Of a stretch of DNA of 64,000 bases, positions 44,359 to 55,651 are shown one piece after another. The translations under genes were made by a program, and so were the position numbers. Each line of letters begins with the position of its first letter. Position 1 is the stretch's first letter. The notes beneath the pieces were generated by a model that was given only the letters and a program-made list of their open reading frames with translations, was not told the DNA's origin and did no database searches. The DNA comes from an uncultured Gemmatimonadaceae bacterium (GTDB lineage Bacteria; Gemmatimonadota; Gemmatimonadetes; Gemmatimonadales; Gemmatimonadaceae): the NCBI GenBank assembly GCA_963781585.1, contig CAWAGQ010000005.1, positions 96,001-160,000 on the forward strand, written 5' to 3'.

Positions 44359-44761
44359 TGTTACCTCCTTGCGAATTGTGATCCTTTCCATCAGTCGGCG
44401 CATTGCGCATGGGTGCTGGCGGTCACGGCAGAAGGCACGGGCGCATCAGAAAGGATGCTCCATTGTGAGTCACATCACGCTGCTGCGCCATGGATCAATG
44501 ATCTACGCCGACAGCACGATCCTTCAAAGCACGGCAGTCCCAGAACGCGGTCCGGTCTCTCCGCCAATGCCGCGCGGCTTCCCGTCCGTCGCTCCAACCC
44601 TCCTGTGCGACCAACGCGGTGCTCTCAGCCCGGTCGCACCCACAGGCTATCGGCAGTTGTGTTACACCAGGTTACGCACTGCGCTGTCGCCTGGCACGAG
44701 GCGACGCAAATCCGCCCATCACGCGGTCCTGGACGATCACCTCAGTCTCCCTCCTGGCCCT

Positions 44762-45137
44762 CTACTCATCCACCACCGTCTGCCCCTGCCTGCCGAACAC
44801 GAGCATCCCGCCCTGGAACGATGATCATCGCGCCTAACGCTGTGAGGGCCGTGAAGCGCTCGCCGAACAGCAGCACCGCCCAGGCCACCGCGAACACGAT
44901 CTGCAGAATCCCCGCCGTGGTCGCCCGCGCGGTGCGCTCGATCTGCAGTCCGCGCGTCATGTACATCTGCGCCAGCTGAGTCGCGCACCCCGCCCCGATC
45001 AGCAGCGTCCACTCCACCATGCCGGGCATCCGCCAGTGCAGCGCCACAAACGGCAGCGCCATCGGGATCTGCACCAGCGGCAGGTAGAAGACCACCACCA
45101 TGGGGTGCTCGACCTCGAGCCGGCGGATGGTGGCATA
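44762..45137 (-). pseudogene. 3' fragment of a DMT/EamA transporter, diverged duplicate of 46476-46855
   Basis: AYATIRRLEVEHPMVVVFYLPLVQIPMALPFVALHWRMPG...AQMYMTRGLQIERTARATT, nearly identical to the DMT C-terminus; 5' half missing. Confidence 0.85.
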
Positions 45138-45752
45138 CGCGCGCAGAAATCGACGCCCCGTCCAGCAGGAGCAACACCGATCCTGCTTCATCCGGCTCGA
45201 CCGGCGTTGCCGATCTGCGCGAGGCGGGACTCACCGGAACCTGAACGACTGGCGCGATGACCCGGGCTATGGCCTCTGCATCGAGCAACAGCCCACTCAG
45301 TACCACCACGCGACTGGCGCGAAATGGCGGAGCCCGGCTGGCGGCTTGCGACGGACCGTCCTGGCCCCTGAGCACCATAGGCCTCCTTCGGGAGCTCGCC
45401 GAAACCCAGACCCATGGCGTGCCGCGGCGTGTCCCCGGATCGCAACCCTCGCTCGATCCTTCGGCTACATCTCTCCCGTGCAGCCAAGTTGGGGTGTCCT
45501 GCCCGCACGCACCGACACGCTATGTGCAGTTGCGATACGCCATGTTACATCGAGCCGGATATCCAGGGGCGAGGCGACACGATCGGCCACGCAGCCGAGC
45601 GAGCAGCAGCGCGATTCCGCTGCTCAGCTGGTGGCGATGCTCACGGCGCTCGTGGATCTCGATCGGGCTCACCGTCTACGGGCCGACGCCTCCACTGCAC
45701 AGCGGGCAATACACAACTGGGCGCGTAGTCCGACTACCCCCCGCTCAGCGGA
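45138..45752. repeat. Diverged direct repeat copy B: truncated luxR 5' end, M20 remnant and vapC 3' tail
   Basis: Encodes RASRVVVLSGLLLDAEAIARVIAPVVQVPVSPASRRSATPVE, as in 39437..40126, but is cut before the HTH. Confidence 0.9.
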
Positions 45753-46174
45753 TTGACCACCCGAAGAAACGGGAATTGATGGAAGTCGGTGTCGGCGGTG
45801 CGTACTTCCGAAAGTCCGTGCTCGAGCATCAACGCCGCGGTGTGCAGATCGTGCACGGGATTCCCCGCGAGCCGCGGATGCCGCCCCGCAAGCTCGCGCA
45901 CGACCTCGGGATGACGTTCGGTTTCCGTGAGGATCCGGCAGCTGGGGCTCGCTCGCACGGCTGATACCCATAACCAGGCCTGCTCGAGGGAGAGCGGCCG
46001 GTCGAATACCGCGCGGTGCGTACTGACGCGGAGGAATTCGTAGATCACGCCCCAGGTGAGGAACCACAATACGTTGCCGCGTCGGTAACGCTCCACTTCG
46101 GCCAGCGCGACCTCGTGCTCGGGGGAGTCGGGGTTGATCGCGTAGAGGAGGATGTTCGTATCGACGAGGAACAC
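45734..46174 (-). CDS. vapC: VapC family PIN-domain toxin
   Basis: FLVDTNILLYA, YEFLRVST, VHDLHTAALMLEHG, TADTDF..F. Confidence 0.92.
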   Translation of the reverse strand: MFLVDTNILLYAINPDSPEHEVALAEVERYRRGNVLWFLTWGVIYEFLRVSTHRAVFDRPLSLEQAWLWVSAVRASPSCRILTETERHPEVVRELAGRHPRLAGNPVHDLHTAALMLEHGLSEVRTADTDFHQFPFLRVVNPLSGG

Positions 46175-46177
46175 CGG

Positions 46178-46408
46178 CTACCGGCCCTCCATCGCCCGGT
46201 ACAGCACATCCCGGTCGGCGAGGTCCACTCGGGGTGCGCCCATAGAGTAGACGGCGAGGGGCTCCTGCGCCGCTGGCGCCGCGTCTGTCCCGTCCAGTCC
46301 TCTGCGCAGCGTCTCGGCCACAACAGCGGAGAGCGTCTCCCGGCGGCGAGCGGCTCGGCGCTTCAGCTCGCGGAACAGCTGGTCAGGAATGATGAGAGTC
46401 GTCTTCAT
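46178..46408 (-). CDS. vapB: VapB-type ribbon-helix-helix antitoxin
   Basis: MKTTLIIPDQLFRELKRRAA....TLSAVVAETLRRGL, directly upstream of vapC. TATGAT lies 7 nt before the ATG, suggesting a leaderless promoter. Confidence 0.85.
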   Translation of the reverse strand: MKTTLIIPDQLFRELKRRAARRRETLSAVVAETLRRGLDGTDAAPAAQEPLAVYSMGAPRVDLADRDVLYRAMEGR

Positions 46409-46475
46409 AGGAATAATCATACTGTCAGTAGGACTATACGGAAAGCGCCGCGCCTGGTGCGTCTGGGCTCTGTCG

Positions 46476-47387
46476 CTACTCCTCCATCGTCACCGCCTGC
46501 TGCCTGACGAGCACCAGCATGCTCGCGCCGGCCACGATCGTCACCGCGCCGGCCACCGTCCATAGCGTGAACCGCTCGCCGAAGAGCAGCACCGCCCACG
46601 CCGCCGCGAAGACGATCTGCAGATAGCCGGTCGTGGTGGCGCGCGCGGTGCGCTCGATCTGCAGCCCGCGCGTCATGTACATCTGCGCGAGCTGGGTCGC
46701 GCACCCCGGCGCCGATCAGGAGCGCCCACTCCACCAAGCCAGGCATGCGCCAGTGCAGCGCCACGAACGGCAGCGCCATCGGGATCTGCACCAGCGGCAG
46801 GTAGAAGACCACCACCATGGGGTGCTCGACCTCGAGCCGGCGGATGGTCGCGTACGCCGCGCCGCTGCACGCGGCCCCGCCGAGCGCAATGAGGGCCCAG
46901 ACCGGCGGAATGCCGCTCGACGCACCGCCGAACAGCAACGCCGGCCGGGTGACGAGCAGCACCCCGATCAGCGACGTCGCCAGCGCCAGCAACTCGCGCT
47001 TCCCGATGTGTTCGTGGTACCAGAGCGACGCCAGAATGATCGCGAATACCGGATTGGTGTACTGGATCAGCGTTGCCTCGCCTAACGGGAGATGGGTGAG
47101 CGAGAAGATGAAGCAGGCCAGGGCCAGCGACCCCAGATGCCCCGCAGGACGAGCAGCCGCCGCTGGACGCCGAAGATCGCCCGCCCCCGCACCGCCCGGC
47201 GCAGCAGCACCAGGTAACTCAGGCCCAGCGTCACCAGCCCGCGATACAGCACGATGTCCATGCTCGGCACGGTGCGCCCGGCGAGCTTCACCAGCACGCT
47301 CATCACGCTGAACCAGAACGCGCCGATCGCCATGTAGCGGATGCCCGACGGGACGTCGGCGACCGCGTGCGTGATGGTGCGGGTCAT
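46476..47387 (-). CDS. DMT/EamA family transporter (frameshifts near 47135 and 46705)
   Basis: GIRYMAIGAFWFSVMSVLVK, LPLGEATLIQYTNPVF, QMYMTRGL, YLQIVFAAAWAVLLFGE. Confidence 0.88.
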
Positions 47388-47580
47388 CGACTCCAGCGGC
47401 GCCACCAGCAACGTCACGCGGCCCACCGCCGGCCGGTCGCGGCGCGGCGTGTCGGCCTCGGGATGTCCGGAGCGGGTTCGGCCATCAAGCGCGCTCGCGC
47501 CACGTCACCGGCGGGTGACCGCGACGCCGACAGTCGTACCGCGGACTTGCTGCCACGGCAAACGGAGCGAACAGTCGATC

Positions 47581-49626
47581 TCACGCATTCGGCTGCTGGT
47601 CTCCCGCATCGGCCGACGCCGCCATCACGCCGCCGGCCGGCGTCGGAACCGGCGCGCGCAGTCGCGCCGCCGCCTTCTCGAGCGACCGCGGCTCACCCAC
47701 CAGCACCACTTCGTCGCGCGGCTGGAGCTGCGTGTCGTCGTCCACGTCGTAGCGCACGACCCCGTCGCGGATGATCGCCACCGCGCTCACGCCCGCCGGG
47801 CGGCGCAGCTCGAGGGCGCCTAGCGATCCACCGGCCGCCTGCGTCCCGGCGGCGACCGGCACCGTCTTCAGCTCGACGCGCGACGCGAACGGCGAGAGGA
47901 AGCCGTCGACCCGCGTGAAGTTCGTCCCCCGCTCGCGCAGCAACTCGTAATGATGGCGCCGCGCCTCCTCGGCCTGCTCGCGGATGCTGCTCTCGGGCAC
48001 GCTGAAGCGGCGGAGCACACGCGCGAAGATCTCGAGCGACGTCTCGAACTCCTCGGGCACCACCTCGTTCGCGCCCAGCGTGTACAGCTCCTCGATGTCG
48101 GCCACATAACGCGTGCGGGCCACGATGTGGACGCGCGGGTTGAGATGCCGCGCCACCACGATCCCCCGCTTCTCGTCCTGGTGCGACGCGATGGCGAAGA
48201 CCAGGACCCGCGCCCGCCGAATCCCCACGCGCTCCAGCACCTCGCCCCGCGTTCCGTCGCCGAAGAAGATCGGCTCGCGGTCCAGCCGCGCCTGCCGCAC
48301 GACCTGCCCGTTCGACTCGAGCACCGCGTATGAGATCCCCGCGCTCCGCAGCGCGCGGGTGAGGTTCCGGCCGTTGAGCCCGTAGCCGATGATCAGCACA
48401 TGGTCCTGAAGCGGACTCGCCGCCGCACCTCGCGGGTGGCGAACTCCATCGTGGGCAACCGGCGGAACGAAAGAATCCACTCGGCGATCGAAGGCGCGGC
48501 ATCCACCAAGAACGGCGCCGCCAGCATGGTCACGACCGCGGCGCCGAGGAAGACCTGATACTCCTCGCTGCCCATCAGTCCGAGCGTGAGGGCCACCGAC
48601 GCCAGCACGAACGAGAACTCGCCCACCTGCGCCAGCCCGAGGCCGGCGATGAGCCCCACGCGCGACGACCGGCGCACGCCGCGCACCACGCCGTAGCCGG
48701 CGGCCGCCTTGAGCACCACCACGCCTGACGCAACTCCGGTCACCAGCAGGGCGTGCGATGCGAAGAAGCGCACGTCGAGCAGCATCCCGACCGAGGTGAA
48801 GAAGATCCCGCTGAACGTGTCGCGGAACGGCAGCACATCGGACAGGGCCTGCAGGCCGTACTCCGACTCGGCGATGATCAGTCCGGCCAGGAACGCACCG
48901 AGGGCCAGGGAGAGGCCGAAGAACGAGGTCAGGAAGGCCGCACCGAGTCCGATGCCGAGCACGCAGAGCGTGAAGATCTCCTGATTGCGCAGCGTCGCGA
49001 CGCGTTCCAGCGCCTTCGGTACCAGCACCCGGCCGGCCAGGACCATGCCGCCGGTGACGGCGATGGTCACCGCGACCGCCCGCACCACGGCGAACCATCC
49101 CTGCTGGGTCCCGGCCAGGAGCGGGAGGAGCACCATCAGCGGCACCACACACAGATCCTGGAAAAGCAGGATCGCCACCACCACGCGCCCGTGCGTGGAG
49201 TCGAGTTCGCCCCGGTCAGCGTAGATCTTGAGGATGATTGCCGTGGACGACAGGGCGATCAGCGCGCCCCAGAGCACCGCGTGATTCACCGGCTCGTGCA
49301 CCGCGACGGCGACCAGCGCGACGATCAGGATGGTCGCGCCCATCTGGATCGCGCCGCCGCGCAGCACGTACTTGCCGAGCCTGACGATGCGCGAGAGCGA
49401 CAGCTCGAGACCGACCGCGAACAGCAGCAGCACCGCTCCGACCTGCGCGAGCTTGTCTACCGTCTCGAGGTCACGGATCAGTCCCAGCGCATGAGGACCG
49501 ATCACGATCCCGGTGAGCAGGAAGCCCACCAGCGTGGGCACCTTCAGCCGGTGCGCGGCGATGACGACCGGGATCGCGACCGCGACCAGGATGACGAGGT
49601 CGCGGAGGAGGGGGATGCTGCTCCAT
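47581..49626 (-). CDS. CPA2 cation:proton antiporter with TrkA-N/TrkA-C domains (Kef-like); frameshifts near 49615 and 48420
   Basis: GFLLTGIVIGP, LLFAVGLE, LSSTAI, ILLFQDL, LGAFLAG, LAQVGEFSFVL; HVLIIGYGLNG, FFGDGT, GANEVVPEEFE. Confidence 0.9.
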
Positions 49627-49634
49627 GCGGGAAA

Positions 49635-49760
49635 GCTATCAGCAGACAGGCCGACAGCTAACAAGTAGAGCGGGCAGCTATCAGCGGACAGACCGACAGC
49701 TGACAAATAGAGCGGTCAGCCACCAGCGGTCAGCAGGCGGCGGTCTGATAGCTGAGCGCC
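49635..49760 (+). repeat. Degenerate heptamer array (CAGCTGA/CAGCGGA/CAGCCGA-like)
   Basis: Recurring CAGC-NNN units, read directly; intergenic. Confidence 0.6.
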
Positions 49761-49768
49761 GTTCCTGT

Positions 49769-49803
49769 ACCGCCCCGGCCCCCGTTGCGGGAACCGGGGC
49801 GGT
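49769..49803 (-). terminator. GC-rich hairpin downstream of the LytTR gene
   Basis: ACCGCCCCGG...CCGGGGCGGT, 10-bp outer stem with an inner CCCG/CGGG stem. Confidence 0.6.
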
Positions 49804-49833
49804 CAAGACCCCCGAACGGCAACCGGCCGGCGA

Positions 49834-50376
49834 CTACGACGCCAGCAGCTTCCGAATTTCTGGAACCCGGTTCCGGAAATTCCGCGACAGCGTCAATCGC
49901 TCGCCGTTCCGCGTGATGATCGTGAAATCACCGGTGCGGCGCGAATGCAGCTCGCGCACCACGTCGACGTTCACGATCACCGAGCGATGGATCCGCACGA
50001 ACCGGCTCGGGTCGAGGCGCGCTTCGAACGACGTCAGCGTCCCGCGCACGGTGTGCACGGAGTCGACGCCGACTTCGCCGCTCACCGCCTCGCGAAGGTG
50101 AAAGCGCACGTAGTTCCCGTACGCTTCCAGCCAGGCGACCTCACTGGTGTCGAGAAACAGGATCCGGTTGCGCGAGCGGACCGCGATCCGCTCGATGGGG
50201 GCGCCTTCCCGCTCCGCGGGGGAAGACTCGGGCATTGCCGTGAGCACGGCACCCCGACCATTCGGTTCGTTCACCAGCGACAGCGGCACCCGGACTTCGT
50301 ACTCGCCCGTGACTGTCGCTATCCCACCGGCCCTCACATACGGAGCTCCAGACATCGACCGACCATTCAGGCTCAT
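49834..50376 (-). CDS. Stand-alone LytTR DNA-binding domain protein
   Basis: RBS AGGAGG; RIAVRSRNRILFL...WLEAYGNYV, RLDPSRFVRIHRSVIVN, LTLSRNFR. No receiver domain. Confidence 0.88.
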   Translation of the reverse strand: MSLNGRSMSGAPYVRAGGIATVTGEYEVRVPLSLVNEPNGRGAVLTAMPESSPAEREGAPIERIAVRSRNRILFLDTSEVAWLEAYGNYVRFHLREAVSGEVGVDSVHTVRGTLTSFEARLDPSRFVRIHRSVIVNVDVVRELHSRRTGDFTIITRNGERLTLSRNFRNRVPEIRKLLAS

Positions 50377-50673
50377 GAGTCCTCCTAACGAGTAGTGGGG
50401 TGCGACGTAGCGGAACGGGCTGTCCCATTCCGGTGATGTACCCTCCCGGCACGGACGCGGGTCCGAGGCCGGTGAGGGCAAAGAGAGGATGTGTGCGCGG
50501 ATGAAAAGTCATGGGCGAACGGTTCGACCCATTCACGATAACTCCAATCAGTCGCGTGGCGAGCGCCGGGGGGGAGGGCGCGCACCGTCACAACCGTCGG
50601 ACGGACTTCGGCTGGGGCGAAACGACGCACCCCTCGTTCGGGACCGAAATCCTGCAGCCGAAGATTGTGCAAT

Positions 50674-53600
50674 CTATCGCAAAATGTCCACCAGTTGACG
50701 CTCCGCCGCCTCCAGCGCCGAGCGCACCTGAGCCAGCTGCGCCCGCTGGGTACTGGTCGGCGGATACAGGCTCCCTTGCTGCTCACCACTCCCGTTGAAG
50801 GCGTTGGCAATGCCGCCGAGCCGCCCCGCTGCACCACCGCGTCCCCCAGCCACTGCCCGGGCCACACTCGTTAGGCGTTGGAGTGCCGAGTCGGCGGCAG
50901 CCCGCTCGGCGCTCCCCTCGGCCGCCGCGTCACGGCGCGCCGCCGCGTCGCGGCTCGCGGTCGCCACCCGTCGGCTGAAGGCCTGCAGCCGCTGCTGCAG
51001 CGCGGCATACATCCAGCAGGAAGGTCTCCCGTTCCTTGTACTGCGCCAGCGTGAGCGGCAGCAGCGGATCGGGCGCCGACCCGCACCGACGTGCGCGCCT
51101 GCGCTCCGTCGGCCGTCAGCGTAATGGTGTACGTCCCGGGCGACACGAAGGGACCGCGGGGACCGATGTCGTGCGGCAGCGCCGCGCGCTGCTCTGCAGC
51201 CAGGCGTGCTGCTTCCGGATCGGCCGCCCCACGCCCGCCCCCGCCCCCGCCCCCGCCACGTCCACCCCGGCCACCACGCCCTCCTCCCACCGCGACGTCG
51301 GCGCCAGCCGCTCCACCCGTCTCTTCTGCCGTAACGAATCCACCGCCGAATCCCGCCGCAGCCGGTGGCTCATGACGCAGATCCCAGTTCACCCGCAGCA
51401 GCGTTCCCGCGACTCCGCGTCCCGTGAGCGTTCGCACCACCTTCCCATTGGCGTCGCTGATCGTCACCGAAACCGACTTCGCCGGCTCCTTGAGTACGTA
51501 CGTGATCAGCGCTCCCTCGGCCGGATTCTCGGCGGCGTACTCGCCCTGCCCCCAGTTGGAATAGTCCGCCCAGTACTGCATGAGCGTGGCGGCACGCACC
51601 GGGAAAAGATGGACCCGTTCCGCGGCCACCGCGTTGGACCAGGCCGCGAGCGGACTCGCGTCGTCAAGAATCCAGATGCTCCGCCCGTGCGTCCCCAGAA
51701 TCAGGTCCTTCGTGCGCGGATGAACCAGGATGTCATCGTAGCGCGTGGTCGGCAGATTGCCCGTGAGCTTCGCCCACGACTTCGCCGTGTCGGTCGACAC
51801 GTACAGGCCGAACTCCGTGCCAGCGAACACCACCCGCGGCTGACCCGGGTATTCGCGAACCGAACGCACCGACTGCGCCTCGGGCAGGCCCGCAATGACT
51901 TTCTTCCACGTGCGCCCGAAGTCCGTGGTGCGGAAGATGTACGGCGCGAAGTCACCCGACCGGTGCCCGTCGAACGACGCATACGCCACGCCGCGACCGG
52001 CCGACGACCCCGCCACGCGGCTCAGGCTCGTCCCGTCAGGCACACCGCTGACGTTGTGCGAGACCTCGGTCCAGGTCGCGCCGCCGTCGCGCGACACCTG
52101 CACGTTGCCATCATCGGTGCCCACCCACACGATCTGCCCATCCAGCGGCGACTCGGCGATCGTCGTGATCTCGCTGAAAGAGGACTCCCCATCGTTCTTC
52201 GACAGCATCGCCTCGCGACCGGACACCCCCATGATGCTGAGCGTATCGCGATTCACGCGCCGCGTGAGGTCCTTCGTTGGCGTCCAGCTGGAACCGTGGT
52301 CGTGTGAGATGAACAACCGGTTGCCACCCGCATACACCACGCCCTTCGTGTGGCGTGAGGCGAGGATCGGCGCCGCCCAGTCGAATCGATAGGCGGAATC
52401 GCCGAGCGCCGGCGTGGGCTTGATGTCGAGACGATCGCCGGTCTCGATGTCGACGCGCTGGAGATTCTGCTCGTCGCTGTTGCTGTACACCCACCGCGGC
52501 ATGAACGGATCGGGCTGCTGATAGACGCCGTCGCTGAATCCGATCTGCTTCCAATCGGTGTTCACGATGCCGAGCCAGTGCCGTGTGGCGCTGGGTCCCA
52601 TCCACGAGTGGTTGTCCTGCATCCCGCCGTACACCCGGTAGGGATCCCGGTCGTCGGCGCCGATCGCGTAGAACTGCCCGATCGGAATGTTGTTCAGCCG
52701 GATGAAGCTGTTGGCCGCATCCCAGGATTCGAACAGGCCGCCGTCGCCTCCGAGGTAGAGGTGCTCCGGGTTCGTCGGATCGATCCACAACGCGTGGTGG
52801 TCGGTCTTGAGCCCCACGTCGTACGTCGGCTGGGTGGGGGAATTCCGGAAGGTGCGGCCGCCATCGTCGCTGATCTGGACGCCGTTGCCGAGGATGTACA
52901 CACGCGCATCGTTGGTCGGGTCGATGAAGATCGCGCTGTAATACATCGGCCGGGGATTGACCCGGCTTACCCGGGTCCAGCTCTCGCCCCCGTTGTCGGT
53001 GCGATACGTGCCCGTCTCGGTGGCGTGCTCGATGGTGGCGAGGATATAGTTGCTGTTGGTCGCCGAGATCGCGAGACCGATGCGCCCCTTGTCACCCGGC
53101 GGGATCCCGTTGGTGAGACGATGCCAGGTGGCGCCGCCGTCGGTGGTCTTGTAGATCCCGCTTCCCGGTCCGCCGCCGTTGAATCCCCACGGTGTGCGCA
53201 ACCGCTGGTAGGTGGCGGCGATGAGCGTGTTGGGATTGTTCGGGTCCATCACCAGATCGGTCACGCCGGTGAGCGTGTCGACGAACAGGGACTTCGTCCA
53301 CGTGCGTCCGCCATCGGTGGTCTTGAAGACACCGCGTTCCGCACTCGGCTTCCAGAGATTTCCCAGCGCCGCGACGTACGCGACGTTGGGATCGGATGGG
53401 TGCAGCCGGATCCGGCCGATCGCACGCGTCTGTTCGAGGCCGACATGCGTCCAGGTGTTGCCGCCGTCGGTGGAGCGGTACACGCCATCGCCCCACGACG
53501 AGCTCTGTCGATTGTTCTGTTCTCCGGTGCCGACCCAGACGACGTTCGGGTCGCGGGGAAAGATCGCCACGACTCCGAACGTGGCCGTTCCCTCATGATC

Positions 53601-53849
53601 GAAGACGGGGGTCCAGGTCGTTCCCTTGTTGGTGGATTTCCATACTCCGCCTGACGCCGCGGCGATGTAGACCGTCGATGGATCCTTCGGGAGTGCCTCG
53701 ATGTCGTGGATGCGGCCGCCGAGTGCCGCGGGGCCGATGGATCGGAAATGGAGCGAGTCGAACAGTGCTTGTGCGCCGGCCTGGCGAGTGCCGGCCAGGC
53801 CGATACTCAGCGCGAGTATTGCGCGGATGCGAAACGTGGCAGGACTCAT
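50674..53849 (-). CDS. Secreted VPS10/sortilin-like BNR-repeat glycosyl hydrolase (frameshifts near 51000-51080)
   Basis: FRSIGPAALGGRI, repeated S.DGG.TW Asp-boxes, DHHALWIDP, GGMQDN, GTHGRSIWILDD, VNWDLR. Confidence 0.9.
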
Positions 53850-53940
53850 CTGTGCGAGAGGAAAAGGAGGGGTGGGGTCCTTGACGCTCGAAGACGTGTC
53901 GGGGGGGGCGGGGCCGTGGTGCCGGAGATAGCACGAATTA

Positions 53941-54066
53941 AGGCCACAGGCCAGAGGTCACAGGCCATAGGCAAAGGCCAAAGGCCAAAGGGCCAGAGGC
54001 CAAAGGGCCAGAGGCCAGAGGCCAGAGGCCAAAGGCCAAAGGCCAAAGGCCAAAGGCCAAAGGCCG
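53941..54066 (-). repeat. Heptamer tandem array AGGCCAA/AGGCCAG (reverse complement of the 5.6 kb and 9.0 kb arrays)
   Basis: About 18 units, read directly. Confidence 0.95.
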
Positions 54067-54067
54067 A

Positions 54068-55417
54068 TCAAGGTGCGATCGTCGACGCCGCGCGCCTTAC
54101 CAGCCACCATCCGACCACCCCGGCGATGGTCGACGCCACGATCACGCCCGCCTTGGCGGCATCGAGCATCCGCCCCTCGCCGAAGGCCAGGTCGCCCACG
54201 AACAACGACATCGTGAACCCGATCCCGCCCAGCCACGCCGCCCCGTGCAGCATCGGCCAGCTCACCCTTTCGGGCAGACGGGCCAGACCGGTGCGCGTCG
54301 CCAGCCAGCTGAACGTCAGGATCCCGAGGGGCTTGCCCACCACCAGGCCAAGGCCGGCGCCTAACGTGACACGACTGGTGAGCAGTTCGCCGACCCCCGT
54401 CAGGGCGACACCGGCATTGGCGACCGCGAACAGCGGCATGATCACGTATGACACCACCCCGTACAGCGCATGCTCGAGCCGCAGCAGCGACCCCTGCACG
54501 CTCTCGCTGGCGATGCGCAGGGCGTGAATGGCTTCCTGCTGCCCCTTGCTGGTGAGCACCAGCAGGTCCCCCGTCTCGGAGCGATCGAATCCGTCCATCA
54601 GACGACGCACGCGCGCCGAGAATTCGGCCGCGTTGATCTCGGTGCGGGTCGGGATGGTGAGGGCGAGCAGCACGCCGGCGATGGTGGCGTGCACGCCCGA
54701 CGACAGCAGGGCGAGCCAGAGCCCGACTCCCACCAGCAGGTAGGGAGCCAACGGACGCACCCCGAAGGCATTGAAGGCGACCAGGGCGGCCATCGCCACG
54801 GCGGCGGCGCCGAGGGAGATCCACTGAATGGCCGCTGTGTAGAAGACGGCAATCACCAGCACGGCGCCCATGTCGTCCACGATCGCCAGCGCGGTGAGAA
54901 AGACCTTGAGTCCGACCGGCACCCGCGCCGAGAGAATGGCCAGCACGCCGAGCGCGAAGGCGATATCGGTGGCCATCGGGATGCCCCACCCAGCCGCCCC
55001 CGCTGCCCCCGCGTTGACCAGCGCGTACAGCAGGGCCGGGATCAGCATCCCGCCTAACGCGGCGGCGATCGGCAACGCCGCCTGGCGCCGGGACGACAGC
55101 TCCCCCACCAGGAGTTCGCGCTTGATCTCGAGCCCCATCAGCAGGAAGAAGACGGCCATCAGGCCGTCATTGATCCAGTGACGCAGTGTGCCGGTGAACG
55201 GGTTCCGCACCGGTCCGATCGCAAGCTGCGCGTCCCAGAGGCGGAAGTAGTCGTCACGCCAGGGCGAATTCGCCCACGCCAGGGCCAGCGCGGTGCAGAC
55301 GAGCAGCAGCACGCCGCTGGTAGCCCCGACGCGGGTGAATTCCTGGAACGGTCGCAGGGCATTCATCAGCAGCCGCGCGGGCATGCGCGGCTCGGGCCCT
55401 CTCTCTGGCTCCGCCAT
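54068..55417 (-). CDS. nhaA: Na+/H+ antiporter NhaA
   Basis: WINDGLMAVFFLLMGLEIKRE, GWGIPMATDIAFALG, LAIVDDMGA, SGVHATIAGV, GIGFTMSLF. Confidence 0.95.
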   Translation of the reverse strand: MAEPERGPEPRMPARLLMNALRPFQEFTRVGATSGVLLLVCTALALAWANSPWRDDYFRLWDAQLAIGPVRNPFTGTLRHWINDGLMAVFFLLMGLEIKRELLVGELSSRRQAALPIAAALGGMLIPALLYALVNAGAAGAAGWGIPMATDIAFALGVLAILSARVPVGLKVFLTALAIVDDMGAVLVIAVFYTAAIQWISLGAAAVAMAALVAFNAFGVRPLAPYLLVGVGLWLALLSSGVHATIAGVLLALTIPTRTEINAAEFSARVRRLMDGFDRSETGDLLVLTSKGQQEAIHALRIASESVQGSLLRLEHALYGVVSYVIMPLFAVANAGVALTGVGELLTSRVTLGAGLGLVVGKPLGILTFSWLATRTGLARLPERVSWPMLHGAAWLGGIGFTMSLFVGDLAFGEGRMLDAAKAGVIVASTIAGVVGWWLVRRAASTIAP

Positions 55418-55530
55418 GCACGGCAACCTATCGACGCGGCACCGGCGGGTGAATCACGCGACCCGCCGCCGGCGATACACCCACCGGTCAGCCCCGGGTG
55501 AGCCGCCCCATTGCGGCGGGATTGGAAATT

Positions 55531-55613
55531 GGGGTCAGACTCGAATTACGGCCGTTGAAATGGGGGTCAGATTCGAATAGCGGTGCGGTCGCCAACTCGA
55601 ATCTGACCCCCAT
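55531..55613. repeat. REP-like element: three GGGGTCAGA(C/T)TCGA units, two forming a perfect 17-bp inverted repeat
   Basis: ATGGGGGTCAGATTCGA (55560-55576) pairs with TCGAATCTGACCCCCAT (55597-55613); direct copy at 55531. Confidence 0.75.
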
Positions 55614-55651
55614 GCATCCCTCGCGCCGACCGTCGCCGGACTCGCGGCGTG

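Noticed and set aside
44464..44479. CRP-like box TGTGA-N6-TCACG upstream of peptide 2
   Set aside because: It is a single imperfect match with no counterpart at cassette 1, too weak to call.
44737..45378. Novel 213-aa protein
   Set aside because: It is a chimera of the duplicated luxR 5' end and an out-of-frame DMT fragment.
36700..46500. Prophage, IS or integrative element explaining the island
   Set aside because: No integrase, transposase, terminal inverted repeats, tRNA anchor or phage genes were recognised.
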